DNA of 63,129 nucleotides, filler included, from Octopus bimaculoides (taxonomy: Eukaryota), in assembly GCF_001194135.2 (NCBI RefSeq). It is 8 parts of 7 records of this genome, joined end to end, with 100 filler letters (N's around TTAATTAATTAA, not from the genome) between each part and the next. Parts side by side here need not be neighbours in the genome. Positions count along the whole stretch, not along the records: positions 29,272 to 53,099 come from NC_068985.1; positions 53,200 to 56,986 come from NC_069005.1; positions 57,087 to 59,743 come from NC_068985.1; positions 59,844 to 61,847 come from NC_068997.1; 4 more parts are not named here. One strand, 5' to 3'. The position numbers and the translations under genes were made by a program. Positions 46,260-60,031 of the stretch are shown here, one piece after another. The notes beneath the pieces are model-generated. The model was not told the DNA's origin. It made no database searches and saw only the letters and a list, made by a program, of their open reading frames with translations. Position 1 is the first letter of the stretch. The number at the start of each line of letters is the position of its first letter.

Positions 46260-47110
46260 ATTTTACAAACTTCGAAATAAATGGTAATCTGATGGTGCAA
46301 GATCAGGGCTATATGATGGATGCGACATAACTACCCAGCCAAGCTCCAATAATATTTCACGAGTTAGCAAAGACGTGTGTAGTCTAGCGTTGTCATGGTG
46401 GAACACAATTCCTTTACGATTTGCCAATTCTGGCTGTTTTTCTTTGATTGCTCTCTCCAGTTTCATTAGTTTTTGACAGTAAACATCTGAATTGATCGTT
46501 TGGTTCCTTGGTAGCAACTCAAAATACACAATACCTTTGTAATCTCACCAAATTGACAGCAATTTTTTATACAATTCAGCTTATGATGTGGTTTGCGCTG
46601 GTTCATCACGCTTGGACCATGATCATTTTCGATTGATGTTATTGTAGACAATACATTTTTTTTTATCACCAGTGATGATTCGTTTCAAGAAAAATGCCGA
46701 TTTTATTACGTTTGAGATGCATATCGCAAATATTGATTCGTTCTGTTAAGTGACACTCTTTCAATTTATCTAGAACCCAAATATCGAGCTTCTTCACGAG
46801 TCCAAGATATTTTAAGGGATTTTCAATTGTTGTGTGTGATACGTTTAACTTCTCTGCAATCTCTGGCACAGTTATATGACAATCAAATTCAATTATGGCT
46901 TTGATTCGGTCATCAACTTCAGTAGATCAACCAGAACGTTGGTCATCTTTGAGAGAAAAATCTCCAGAACGGAATTTTTAAAACCATTTCTGATGTGTTT
47001 TCTGTTCAGTAATCAACACCATAAATTTCACATATCTCTTTGTAAAACTCAGCAGCATTCTTGCCTTTACTGAAATAAATAATAAAAAAGAAAAATATGG
47101 CGGAAATAGT
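46260..47110 (-). pseudogene. Mariner (DD34D) transposase, frameshifted
   Basis: KFRSGDFSLKDDQRSG, EIAEKLNVSHTTI..LKYLGLVKKLDIWV, YFELLPRNQTINSDVYCQ, FHHDNAR, YSPDLAPSDYHLFRSL. Confidence 0.92.
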
Positions 47111-48285
47111 CGTTTTTGCGCTCCACGTGCAAATTGACACTGAACTGACAACTGTAAAGAAAATTACGCGCAATTTGCTTCAAAAGAAAGCTAAAAGCAA
47201 CAGTCAACACATGTCAAAAGCGAAAAATCACAACGTCGACAAAAGTTATTCAGAAAAATCGTTACTCTATCTATTTGCTTTCTTGCCAACCCAATATATA
47301 CATATACGCATATACAATCATATATCTTTTATCTTTTACTTGTTTCAGTCATTAGACTGCGGCCATGCTGGGGTACCGCCTATCTATATATATATATATA
47401 TATATATATATNNNNNNNNNNNNNNNNNNNNNNNNNNNNNNNNNNNNNNNNNNNNNNNNNNNNNNNNNNNNNNNNNNNNNNNNNNNNNNNNNNNNNNNNN
47501 NNNNNNNNNNNNNNNNNNNNNNNNNNNNNNNNNNNNNNNNNNNNNNNNNNNNNNNNNNNNNNNNNNNNNNNNNNNNNNNNNNNNNNNNNNNNNNNNNNNN
47601 NNNNNNNNNNNNNNNNNNNNNNNNNNNNNNNNNNNNNNNNNNNNNNNNNNNNNNNNNNNNNNNNNNNNNNNNNNNNNNNNNNNNNNNNNNNNNNNNNNNN
47701 NNNNNNNNNNNNNNNNNNNNNNNNNNNNNNNNNNNNNNNNNNNNNNNNNNNNNNNNNNNNNNNNNNNNNNNNNNNNNNNNNNNNNNNNNNNNNNNNNNNN
47801 NNNNNNNNNNNNNNNNNNNNNNNNNNNNNNNNNNNNNNNNNNNNNNNNNNNNNNNNNNNNNNNNNNNNNNNNNNNNNNNNNNNNNNNNNNNNNNNNNNNN
47901 NNNNNNNNNNNNNNNNNNNNNNNNNNNNNNNNNNNNNNNNNNNNNNNNNNNNNNNNNNNNNNNNNNNNNNNNNNNNNNNNNNNNNNNNNNNNNNNNNNNN
48001 NNNNNNNNNNNNNNNNNNNNNNNNNNNNNNNNNNNNNNNNNNNNNNNTATATATATATATATATATATATCTAATTAATTATATGTTTAACCTCATGTTC
48101 TGCCTTTCACCTTGTTGCTATTAACTGATGCCCTAAACGAATATATTTGTTTCTGTTTATTTTGTAGGCGTCAAATTTCATTTGTAAATATGCATACACA
48201 CATTCACGCCCACACACACTCACATGAACACAGACATTATATGTAAACATACGTATTTCGGGGATACACACACACACACACACAT

Positions 48286-48325
<40 letters not shown>

Positions 48326-48453
48326 GTATGTGTGTCTGTGTGTGTGTGTGTGCATGTGTGTGTATGTGTGAGTGCTTCTGTGTCTGTGTGTACATATACA
48401 TAGATGTAGACGTATACATATGTATATAGATTTATGCTCATGAATACATCCCT

Positions 48454-48509
<56 letters not shown>

Positions 48510-49276
48510 ATGTGTGTGTGTGTATATATATANNNNNNNNNNNNNNNNNNNNNNNNNNNNNNNNNNNNNNNNNNNNNNNNNNNNNNNNNNNNNNNNNNNN
48601 NNNNNNNNNNNNNNNNNNNNNNNNNNNNNNNNNNNNNNNNNNNNNNNNNNNNNNNNNNNNNNNNNNNNNNNNNNNNNNNNNNNNNNNNNNNNNNNNNNNN
48701 NNNNNNNNNNNNNNNNNNNNNNNNNNNNNNNNNNNNNNNNNNNNNNNNNNNNNNNNNNNNNNNNNNNNNNNNNNNNNNNNNNNNNNNNNNNNNNNNNNNN
48801 NNNNNNNNNNNNNNNNNNNNNNNNNNNNNNNNNNNNNNNNNNNNNNNNNNNNNNNNNNNNNNNNNNNNNNNNNNNNNNNNNNNNNNNNNNNNNNNNNNNN
48901 NNNNNNNNNNNNNNNNNNNNNNNNNNNNNNNNNNNNNNNNNNNNNNNNNNNNNNNNNNNNNNNNNNNNNNNNNNNNNNNNNNNNNNNNNNNNNNNNNNNN
49001 NNNNNNNNNNNNNNNNNNNNNNNNNNNNNNNNNNNNNNNNNNNNNNNNNNNNNNNNNNNNNNNNNNNNNNNNNNNNNNNNNNNNNNNNNNNNNNNNNNNN
49101 NNNNNNNNNNNNNNNNNNNNNNNNNNNNNNNNNNNNNNNNNNNNNNNNNNNNNNNNNNNNNNNNNNNNNNNNNNNNNNNNNNNNNNNNNNNNNNNNNNNN
49201 NNNNNNNNNNNNNNNNNNNNNNNNNNNNNNNNNNNNNNNNNNNNNNNNNNNNNNNNNNNNNNNNNNNNNNNNNNNT

Positions 49277-49428
49277 GATAATGGTGGTGGCGATGATGCT
49301 AATGATTGTAATGGCAATGATGGCGATAGGGATGATGATAGTGATGATGATAGCAATGGTGATGATGATGAAGATGCTGATGAGGATGATGATAATGATG
49401 ATGGCGATGGTGATGATGAAGATGATGG

Positions 49429-49461
<33 letters not shown>

Positions 49462-49619
49462 CATTGGTGCTAGTGGTGTTAATGATTATGATGATGATGA
49501 TTATAATGATGATGGCGATGGTGATGATGAAGTTGATGGTGATGATGATGGTGATGATGGTGATGATGATGATGATGATGACATTGGTACTAGTGGTGTT
49601 AATGATGATGATGATGATT

Positions 49620-49653
<34 letters not shown>

Positions 49654-50400
49654 CAACTATAATGATGATGATAGCGATGGTGATGAGTAAGATGATGATG
49701 ACGATGATGATGATCCTACTGGTGGTAGTGATGATAAATGATGAGGGTAGGGGCGGATTAATCAAGATCTCAAATATTTCTGATGACAATCTCGACGATG
49801 AATATGATGATGCTGAGCAAAATGTTGTCAGTAAAGATGGTGATTATAGCAGCGATACTTACGGAGATAAGGACGACGACGATGATGATTGTGATGACGA
49901 CGACGATGACAAAGTTATTGAGGATTTCAATGTTGTTGTAGCTTTTTCTTCTTCCTTCTCCTCCACCTTCTTCTTCTTCCTTTTCTTCTTCTTCTTCCTC
50001 TTCTCCTTCTTTTTCTTCTACGTTTCTCTTCTTCTTCTCCTCCTCCTTTTTCTTCTCCTTTTCTCTTCTCCTTCTTCTTCTCCTTTCTTCTTCTTCTTCT
50101 TCTTCTTCTCCTTTTTCTTCTCGTTTTCTCTTCTTTTTCTTCTCGTTTTCTCTTCTCCTTTTTCTTCTCCTTTTCTCTTCTTCTTCTTCTTCTTCTTCTC
50201 CTCCTCCTCCTCCTCCTTAATGATGACAGAAATATTGAGTTCAAGGACCTCGATGATGATTTCGTCGACATTGAATTTAAGGACAATGAGAAACACAATG
50301 ATAATGTGGGGTACGATGACAATAGTAACGCCGCCGCCGCCGCCGTTGATGGGGGTGATGACGATTACAAGATTGCTTATGGGTCTGATGAGGAAGACAA
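49277..50400. repeat. (GAT)n/(TTC)n trinucleotide low-complexity tract
   Basis: Degenerate GAT/GAC runs with an internal duplicated block (gacattggt(g/a)ctagtggtgttaatgat) and a central CTT-rich run. Confidence 0.9.
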
Positions 50401-50661
50401 TGATGCTTTTGATGGAGTATTTTCTTTATTACACTTTCCGCACGCAATAAATATTACTGGTCAACAGGTGGTCAAGCAGTTACTTATTTAGCCATTCAGA
50501 CATTCATTCATAGAAAGCAAGTCTCGAACTAATTGATGCTAAATTAATAATCTCCTGATCCTACCAATTAATAAATCCATAGATACATGCTTACACACAT
50601 GCATAAATCGCTATACAAACATATATAAATACGTATATATATATATATATATATATATATA

Positions 50662-50869
50662 CTCTTTTATTTGTTTCAGTCATTTGACTGTGGTCATGGT
50701 AGAGCACCGCCTTTAGTCGAGCAAATCGACCACAGGACTTATTCTTTGGAAGCCTAGTACTTATTCTATCTATCTCTTTTGCCGAACCGCTAGGTTACGG
50801 GGACGTAAACACACCACCATCGTATATATGTACATATATACATCGGGCTTCTTTCAGTTTCCGTCTACC
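50662..50869 (-). mobile_element. SINE family B 3' half (cut by a gap)
   Basis: ttgtttcagtcatttgactgtggtcatggtagagcaccgcctttagtcgag...ttcagtttccgtctacc. Confidence 0.85.
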
Positions 50870-51448
50870 NNNNNNNNNNNNNNNNNNNNNNNNNNNNNNN
50901 NNNNNNNNNNNNNNNNNNNNNNNNNNNNNNNNNNNNNNNNNNNNNNNNNNNNNNNNNNNNNNNNNNNNNNNNNNNNNNNNNNNNNNNNNNNNNNNNNNNN
51001 NNNNNNNNNNNNNNNNNNNNNNNNNNNNNNNNNNNNNNNNNNNNNNNNNNNNNNNNNNNNNNNNNNNNNNNNNNNNNNNNNNNNNNNNNNNNNNNNNNNN
51101 NNNNNNNNNNNNNNNNNNNNNNNNNNNNNNNNNNNNNNNNNNNNNNNNNNNNNNNNNNNNNNNNNNNNNNNNNNNNNNNNNNNNNNNNNNNNNNNNNNNN
51201 NNNNNNNNNNNNNNNNNNNNNNNNNNNNNNNNNNNNNNNNNNNNNNNNNNNNNNNNNNNNNNNNNNNNNNNNNNNNNNNNNNNNNNNNNNNNNNNNNNNN
51301 NNNNNNNNNNNNNNNNNNNNNNNNNNNNNNNNNNNNNNNNNNNNNNNNNNNNNNNNNNNNNNNNNNNNNNNNNNNNNNNNNNNNNNNNNNNNNNNNNNNN
51401 NNNNNNNNNNNNNNNNNNNNNNNNNNNNNNNNNNNNNNNNNNNNNNNN

Positions 51449-51479
<31 letters not shown>

Positions 51480-51483
<4 letters not shown>

Positions 51484-51700
51484 AAAAGAGGGAGCAGGAT
51501 ATGCAGTAAATGACGTTGCTAGAAGTGCGGTAAAGGGGTCGGTGATGTGATAGGGACGATGATAGGTGCCTGTGATGATGGTGGTGTTGGAGAGGTAGGA
51601 TCAGGTGCGACAGCGTGGGTGGGAGCAGAAGGAGCCGGACTGAGAGGTGGGGGCTATGGGATCGTTTGAAGGAGGGAAGGGGTAGGTTGGGGAAGGCAAG
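51480..51700 (-). mobile_element. Penelope-like GIY-YIG endonuclease relic
   Basis: Broken translation PSFKR....LSVR...HITDPF/TSSNVIYCISCSL resembles FTCTSSNVIYCI.C of PLE endonucleases. Confidence 0.5.
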
Positions 51701-52018
51701 CATTGTATGATGACTGGTACTATTTTGACCACAAGTTTTATGTCAGAGCATCTCTCTCCTAGAAGAGCCTGCTTACCCCACGGATTTCCCCTAGGAAAAC
51801 CATTTGACCCATACATGGGATCTTAACAGGCACAGCAATTCCGGGTCAAAGCAGACCTGGGTGTAATGTTAATTAAAGGCTGATCCCATGTTCCCTTTTA
51901 CTCCAGAACTCCCGAACTGAATCCTCTCCAACGGATGCAGTTTAATGTCATACATGGGATATGTATACACACTCACACACACACACACACACAGACGCAC
52001 ATCCACACACACCCACAG

Positions 52019-52053
<35 letters not shown>

Positions 52054-52895
52054 CGCGCGCATGCACTTCCTCTTTCTCAAATATATTTATTTATTTATTT
52101 ATTTATGTGTTTCAGCCAAGTGGCTGCGGTCATGCTGGTTTAAAAACAATGTAGGCAATAAACATAATTTTTACCATGTTTTAAAATACCTGATATTATC
52201 ATAATAATCATGAAAACTTTTATCGTCATCATCGTCGTCGTCTTCGTCGTCATCAGCATCATCATCAGCCTCCTTAATATAATTACTGCAATCTATATTT
52301 ATTCTTGATGTGACAACTGTGCTTTCGTTGCACAGGTTATCAAAGTTAACTGTGTTGCTGTTGCTGTCCTTAATGTTTACAATTCTTTTGTAGCAAAGTC
52401 GAAAAGGACACGAGGATGGAAGAAATTAATGAATGAGAAAAAAAAAAAAAATCAGAGAAATTGAAATAACATAATCTACAAAACAACTATTTTGAGCAAA
52501 CTTGGCATACAAATATCCAACGGTGAAAAACAAAATGGTAGAGCTAAAATAGAACTTGATTAAAACGTGTAAGCAATTATTGCCTGAGTATATAAAAACA
52601 TACTTACAAGAAGACAAATATTAAATGGAAACAAATGAAATTAGGATAACTAAAAATAAAAAAATAAAACAAGAAACTTGGAAATAACTACCAAATCCAA
52701 GTTCGATATAAAACTTTGTATGTATATAGCATTAGTCAAATAATAGCTGAAACAGTACTAAATGCAATAAGCAGAGTCTTTGCATAAAACTCCACAAGTT
52801 AATAATATTACTTGTTTCAGTTTCCAGATCGTCAGGCGCCTTATTTGCCTGGGGACTGCAACTAAAACTTGTTTCTCGCAAAATCTACTATATTC

Positions 52896-52934
<39 letters not shown>

Positions 52935-53199
52935 GTAGTATATTGCCACTTAAGTGTGGCTGACCCCTAGGGGTGGATGTTACTGTTGCTTTTAGCCCCA
53001 GGAGGACATCTCCTCCAGCTGGCTTATCGACACACGACTGTGTCCTGTTTGCCAAGGGAAGTTATCCCTCTCACCTCGATCAGCAGCACGAACGTATCCN
53101 NNNNNNNNNNNNNNNNNNNNNNNNNNNNNNNNNNNNNNNNNNNTTAATTAATTAANNNNNNNNNNNNNNNNNNNNNNNNNNNNNNNNNNNNNNNNNNNN

Positions 53200-53246
<47 letters not shown>

Positions 53247-53249
53247 GTA

Positions 53250-53610
53250 TACAGGGTGTTTTAGTTAAATTTGATGATTTTTTTATGTCTCCTTTTTGTC
53301 AGGAACAAACAGTCACCAGCGTTGGAGATCATAAAGATTCAAGTTCAAGTTGTAGTTGGGAAAAGGCTAACCAGCAAGGAGGAGTGCAAGCCATCCGAAT
53401 ATTGGAAAAGAGTTACAAGTATAATGATGATTCATGCTAGCTATCAAAATGCCAGGATCGTGACAGCTGCTCACTGCTCTGTGAACACTGGAACGGCTGT
53501 AAGACATGACATGGACATCATGAAAACCAAGTTGCCCCAAACTGGAATGGTCTTTGGGTATATCTCCAGTGGGAGTAACATCATGCCAGACCACATCTTA
53601 GAACATTATT
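53250..53610 (+). mobile_element. Tc1/mariner-superfamily (maT/DD37D-like) relic
   Basis: TA-CAGGGTG start; MKTKLPQTGMVFGYISSGSNIMPDHI resembles K.P..VMVFG.ISS.G.VMP. Confidence 0.55.
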
Positions 53611-53809
53611 TATCAGTTGATCTATTTTTATTGTGTTTTTTTTTTTGTTTTCATGCACAACCAAAATAACATCTGTTGTCTTGGGGGTTGTGCAGTGCTT
53701 AGGACATAACAGAACATGAAATTTTGATGGAAGGTTTTAATAAGGATCATTTTAAAACAGGGAGTTTTCTATCAAAGAACCAAGGGCAATTTCAGGCAGG
53801 TTGGTATCA

Positions 53810-55235
53810 AAAAAGGTTAAATTAGCCATATCTGGCCTCTCATGTATATCCTACAATGTCATTCTACAAATACCCAATGATGTTATTGAAATCTCAAAGC
53901 TACAAGATAATGCAGGTTTAATTTAAAACAATGTAAGTTAAGAAGCATTATATTTGATATATTAATCTAAACAATTGCAGCATGGAAGGTGTTTATAAGC
54001 CATTTAAAATAACACAAAATCCGTTAGATTCACTTCAACATTTAAATTTAATTTGCCAAAATGTTTTCGTCGCTTTGAGACTGCGACCTGTTTACTGACA
54101 AAATTCCGTGCTGCATCTGAGAAAGTAACTGTTAGTTCATGATATATATGTACGTATGTATGTATGTGTGCGTGTGTGCGTGTATGTACGTATCTATGTA
54201 TGTATGCATGTGTGTATGTATGTATGCATGTATGTGTACATGTATGTGCGTATTCATTTGTGTACATGCATATGCACGTGTGCATGCCTATACGCATGTG
54301 TATGTATATAAGTATGTATGTACGTGAGTAATTAGGTAAGTGTGTAGGCGTGTCTGTGTGTGTGTACATGTGTATGTACATGTGAACGTATGTTTATGTA
54401 CTGGTATGTGTGTCTGTTCAAGTTGTATACATGACTGTTACTTTGTTGAAGGTTGTATACACACACACATATATACATACATATGCACATACATATATTT
54501 GAAGGTTGTATACACACACACACACACACATATACATACATATGCATATACATATATATGAAGGTTGTATACACACACACATATACATACATATGCACAT
54601 ACATATATATGAAGGTTGTATACACACACACACACACATATACATACATATGCATATACATATATATGAAGGTTGTATACATGCACACACATATACGTAC
54701 ATATGCACATACATATATATAGACACACACATATATGTGTATGCGCATTTCTAAACATTGCAGGATTAAACCAGCCATATCTGGTCCAAATATTCTCCCT
54801 GTTTTATGTTCAAACTGGCCAGATCTTGCCTCTCGTACCTACCCTACAATGTCATTCTAAATATCATATCACTGAAATCTCAAAGCCACAAGAGTAAGCT
54901 CTAATCATATCATTGAAATCCCGAAGCTACAAGATAATGCATGATTAATTCAAACCATTGTGAATAAATAAGAATTACATTTGACAGAGAATCTAAATGT
55001 TAGACGATTAAATCAGCCAGATCTGGCCCAAATATTCTATTTGTTTTACGTTCAAACTGTCTAGATTTGGCCTCTCACACCTACCCTACAATGTCATTCT
55101 AGACATAGAAAATGACCTCGTTGAAATCTCAAAGCTACAAGATAATTAATGACAAAAGCATGATTAATTCAAAGCAATGTGAATAAATAGGTATTAAATT
55201 TGACAGAGTGGTCTAAATGCTAAGGGGTTGAACCC
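53810..55235. mobile_element. Three copies of a ~230-bp MITE-like repeat (about 53810-53975, 54760-54995, 55005-55235)
   Basis: Shared cagccatatctggc...cctacaatgtcattcta...gaaatctcaaagctacaagataat...gattaattcaaa; last copy ends aatgctaaggggttg (piggyBac-like end is a guess). Confidence 0.7.
54445..54690. repeat. Compound minisatellite, ~52-56-bp unit built from microsatellites
   Basis: Anchor GAAGGTTGTATAC repeated five times, each followed by (CA)n-tatacatacatatgca... Confidence 0.92.
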
Positions 55236-56043
55236 TTTAATTTTTTTACAGACGTAAAAGTCAAACATTTCTTGGGGGAATGGCATTTCATTTTATCGTT
55301 ACCCAGAAGGTTAAAAGGCTAAGTCAACCTCAGCAGGATTTGAACTTAGAACATAAAAAGCAACAACAAATACCACAAGGTATATATTATGCGAAACTCT
55401 AAGGATTCTGACTGTCATAAATATTAATGATTTCTAACATAAAATATTGATTTCTAAATATCAAACCATCATCTTAGTCTTCCCTCTCCCCTCTCCCATC
55501 ATCATCATCTTTATGACGACAGTGAAGGTGATGTTGGTGGTGATAATGAATGTTGATGATGCTAGCAATGTTGATGACGATAGTGATAACGATGGTGATG
55601 ATGACGCCGACAAAGATGGTGATGATATAAAAACGATAATGGCGATGATGTCGATGATAATGATAACGATGTCGACAATCATGGCAGCGGCGGCAGTGAT
55701 GACGATGACGATGATGTTGGTGATGTCGATGACAGCAATGATGATGATAACGATGATGATGATGACAAGGGGTGATAACGGTGATGATGGTGACGACAAT
55801 GATGGCGATGATAACGATATGGTGATGTTGATGTCGGCAATGATGATGATGATGATGATGATGACGAGGGTGATGATGACGATGATGAAATACAGTGACG
55901 ATAGTGAAATGGCTCATGGATCTGATGTAAATCAAAGAAGCCATTAAAAATATAAGATAAAAAAAAAAAATGACATTTGTGTTAGTAGTTGTTGTACCAA
56001 CTGTCAGTTTGCCAACCATAATATACATACATACATACATACA

Positions 56044-56079
<36 letters not shown>

Positions 56080-56399
56080 TACTGTCTGTGTGTGTGTATT
56101 TATATACTGTTTATTGATGAAGTAAGACATTTGCCAAGGAATATGTCAAAGTTTAATAATTCCAGTTCCCTCTCTCTCTCTTTGTTTTTCAATCTAAATA
56201 ATTATTTATCAGTTGCTGCATTTTTTCATTGCAGCTGTTTTTTCCCTGCACAACCGAGAACGCATCTGTCGCCTTGGGGTTGCGCAGTGTTTTGTCCCAG
56301 CATTCTGTTTTCTCTCATATTGAATGTACTCTGTGTAATGTACTCCATATGATATGTGTCCAGATTTTGGCAGCATTATTTTTTCAGTCTGGTGTCTGT

Positions 56400-56960
56400 G
56401 TACGTTGTAGGGTACTTTGTGATGTGTGTATCATGACGTACTCTATGGTGTGTGCGTGTGATGTGAGGTACTTTATGGTGTGGGGAGTACTCTAGTGTGT
56501 ATGTGCCTGTATCGTGAGGTACTTTATGGTGTGTGCATGTGTATGCCTTGAGGTACTATATGGTACATATATTGTGGGGTACTTTATGGTGCTTATATTG
56601 TGACATACTCTATGCTGTGTGCATGTCGAGAGGTACTCTATACTGTGTGTATGTCATGCAATAATCTATGCTGTGTAAGTCTGTTGTCAGGTACTCCATG
56701 TTGAGGTACTCTTTATTGTGTATGTGGAGAGGTACTCTATATTGTGTATGTATGTCATGGAATATTCTTTGTTGTGTGTTTGTGCGTGTGTGTGTGTGTA
56801 TGTTGTCAGGTACTCTATGGTGTGTGTGTGCGTGTGTATGTCATGGGGTACTCTATAGCATGTATGTCTGTATGTCGTGAGATACTCTGTGCTGCGTGTG
56901 TAAGTAAGATACAGTGTACTCTATGATGTATGTGCATATGTCACGGTGTACTCTACATGG
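56400..56960. repeat. Degenerate ~35-bp minisatellite
   Basis: Recurring gaggtact(c/t)tatg(g/c)tgtgtg...tgtcgt, about 15 units. Confidence 0.88.
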
Positions 56961-57149
56961 TTTACAAATGCAGAATATGTGTGGGCNNNNNNNNNNNNNN
57001 NNNNNNNNNNNNNNNNNNNNNNNNNNNNNNTTAATTAATTAANNNNNNNNNNNNNNNNNNNNNNNNNNNNNNNNNNNNNNNNNNNNATAATAATTTTATC
57101 ACCGCCAGAATCGTTTGAGAATCGTTTGTTTACGTAGTCAGCACTTAAT

Positions 57150-57340
57150 TTTATTCGGCTGAATGGACGTCAGTCATTGGTTGAAATTACAGAAATACGA
57201 CAACTTTAACATGAAATAACTTGCGATGTACGTTTTTTTATTAAGAAGACTAAGAGAAAAAGATGTTTTATATGACACATTCTACCAGTGTCCCAATTTT
57301 CCAAGTGTTTCGTTAAGAAAATACTGGTGCCCCCGTTTTG
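57150..57340 (-). mobile_element. Solo arm of the MITE family at 31801-32386
   Basis: Reverse complement of about 31801-31995 (cggctgaatggacgtcagtcattggttgaaattacagaaatacgacaac...gcccccgttttgaacaagatcc). Confidence 0.85.
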
Positions 57341-57344
57341 AACA

Positions 57345-58950
57345 AGATCCGGGGTTAGTCAACTTCAGTGATCAACTGGTACTTATTTTATCGATCCCGA
57401 AAGAATGAAAGGCAAAGTTGACCTCGGCGGAATTTGAACTCAGAACGTAAAAACGGAAGAAATGCCTCTAAGTTTTTGCCGACTCACCGCCTTTCCTTCC
57501 AGCTAATAATCCTTTCTATCATAGGCGCAAGGCCTGAAATTTGTGGGGAGCGGCTAGTCGATTACCTCGACCCCAGTGTATCACTGGTGCATATTTTATC
57601 GATTCTGAAAGGATGAAAGACTAAGTCGACCTCGTTGGAATTTAAACTCAGGACGCTAAACCGGAATAAATGCCGCTAAACATTTTACTCGGCCTGTTAA
57701 CGATTCTGCTTGCTCACCGCCTTTCCTACTAGCTAATAAAAATAGTTTCAAATTTCGGCTCAAGACCAGCGATTCTAGAGTGACCGGGTAAGCCGATACC
57801 ATCGATTCCAGTGCTTGACTGGTACTTATTTTATCTACCTGAAATGATGATAGACAATGTCGGTCTCAGCGGTATTTGAACTTAGACTGTAAAGCAGGAA
57901 GAAATGCCGTTGAGCATTTTGTCCGGCGTGAAACCTTTCTACAAAAGGCACAAGACCTTAAGTTTTGGGATAAAGGGGCTAATCGATTACATCGACCCCT
58001 GTGCCTAACTGTTACTTATGTTATCGAATTCGAAAGTATGAAAGGCAAAGTCGACGTCGACGTAATCATTTCTACTACAGACACAAGGCCTGAAATCTAG
58101 GAGGAAGGCGTTAGTCAAATACACTGACTCCAGTGCTTAACTAGTACTTAACCTGTGAACCCGAAAGGAAAAAATGCAATATTGACCTCGATGGAAAGAG
58201 CCAGAAGAAATGTGGCTAAGCAATTTATCCAACCCAAAATGCAAGCAATTCGTGTCTTATTTTTTCGTGTTTATTCAGATATTCAGAATCTGTAAAATCT
58301 ATTTATTTTAAGGCGGCAGAAACGTTAACACGCCGGGCGAAATGCTTAGCGATATTTCGTCTGCCGTTACGTTCTGAGTTCAAATTCGGCCGAGGTCGAC
58401 TTTGCCTTTCATTCTCTGGAGGTCGATAAATTAAGTACCAGTTACGCACTGGGATCGATGTAATCGACTTAATCCCTCTGTCTATCCTTGTTTGTCCCCT
58501 CTGTGTGTAGCCCCTTGTGAGCAATGAAGAAATAAGAAACATAAGCACGCCGGGCGAAATGCTTAGCGGTATTTCGTCTGCCGTTACATTCTGAGTTCAA
58601 ATTCCGCCGAGGTCGACTTTGTCTTTCATCCTTTCGAGGTCGATTAAATAAGTACCAGTTACGCACTGGGTTCGATATAATCGACTTAATCCGTTTGTCT
58701 GTCCTGGTTTGTCCCCTCTGTGCGTAGCCCCCTTGTGGGCAGCAAAGAAATAGGAATCGTTGGCACGCCGGGCGAAATGCTTAGCGATATTTCGTCTGTC
58801 ATTATGATCTGAGTTCAAATTCCGCCGAGGTCGACTTTGCCTTTCATCCTTTTGGGGTCGATAAATTAAGTACCAGTTGCGTACTGGGGTAGAGTTAATC
58901 GACTGCCTCCTCCCCCAAAATTTCGGTCTTAGTGCCTAGAGTAGAAAAAA
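57345..58950. mobile_element. Cluster of about eight SINE family A copies (about five minus, then three plus)
   Basis: Minus copies at about 57345, 57510, 57740, 57940, 58080; plus copies at about 58310, 58545, 58760. Confidence 0.9.
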
Positions 58951-59590
58951 AAATCTATTTATTTCATTTTTATATTTCTATTAATTATTTATTCGTTTAT
59001 TTATTTATTTAAAGATCAGAAACTCATTAGGTTTATGGGAATTTGTTACTGCTTTCTATACTTTTAAAAAGTATATTTGTACATTTTTTATTATATATAA
59101 ATGAATTTTGTTCGCATTACTTGTATGTGTGTGAATATGTATGTGTATATATGCGTGTGTATACTTCTGTGTGCCTGTATGTGGGTGCGTACATGTATTG
59201 TTTATATTTGATCTGCATAAATAATTTTTGTTTGTATTTTCTTGTGTATAAATATATTTAATTTGTATTTGATGTTTATAAATATAATTGTGTTCATACT
59301 CATGGCGAATAAACATACTTTATATTAGTTTGTTACTTATAAATATGCTTGTTCGTGTTTGATATGTACGAATATATATATATTTTTTTTTGTGTAATAA
59401 TTACATTTTCATCGTTAGTAAAATGAAACCACAACATATAAATTTTTAGAAGTGAAACAGTACAATGTTTATCGTATTTATCATTGCGTAGCCATCGCTA
59501 TGAGAATTTCAGCGAACTAATACAACTAATAATTGCTATAAGCTATTCGTGTTCTGTATGCATGTTTCTATCTATCTGTTTGTCTACCAA

Positions 59591-59657
<67 letters not shown>

Positions 59658-59909
59658 TCCTCAGTTGTCGCCTGTTTTACTGCTCATTCATGCTTTTAAC
59701 GACAAGATAGGAACACTTCATAAGACAGCAGCATCCAGAAAATNNNNNNNNNNNNNNNNNNNNNNNNNNNNNNNNNNNNNNNNNNNNTTAATTAATTAAN
59801 NNNNNNNNNNNNNNNNNNNNNNNNNNNNNNNNNNNNNNNNNNNAATGACAGTGACAAAGGTGATGATGATGATGATGATGAAAAGGAGGAGGTGAAGAAA
59901 GACGGTGAT

Positions 59910-59950
<41 letters not shown>

Positions 59951-59987
59951 TGATGACGATGATGATGATGACGATGATGATGATGAC

Positions 59988-60031
<44 letters not shown>

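Noticed and set aside
46263-46869. SETMAR-like host gene
   Set aside because: Mariner transposase only, with stops and frameshifts and no SET domain.
54445-54690. CRISPR-like array (constant anchor plus spacers); likewise 8400-8565 and 56400-56960
   Set aside because: The spacers are themselves near-identical simple repeats, there are no cas genes and the context is eukaryotic.
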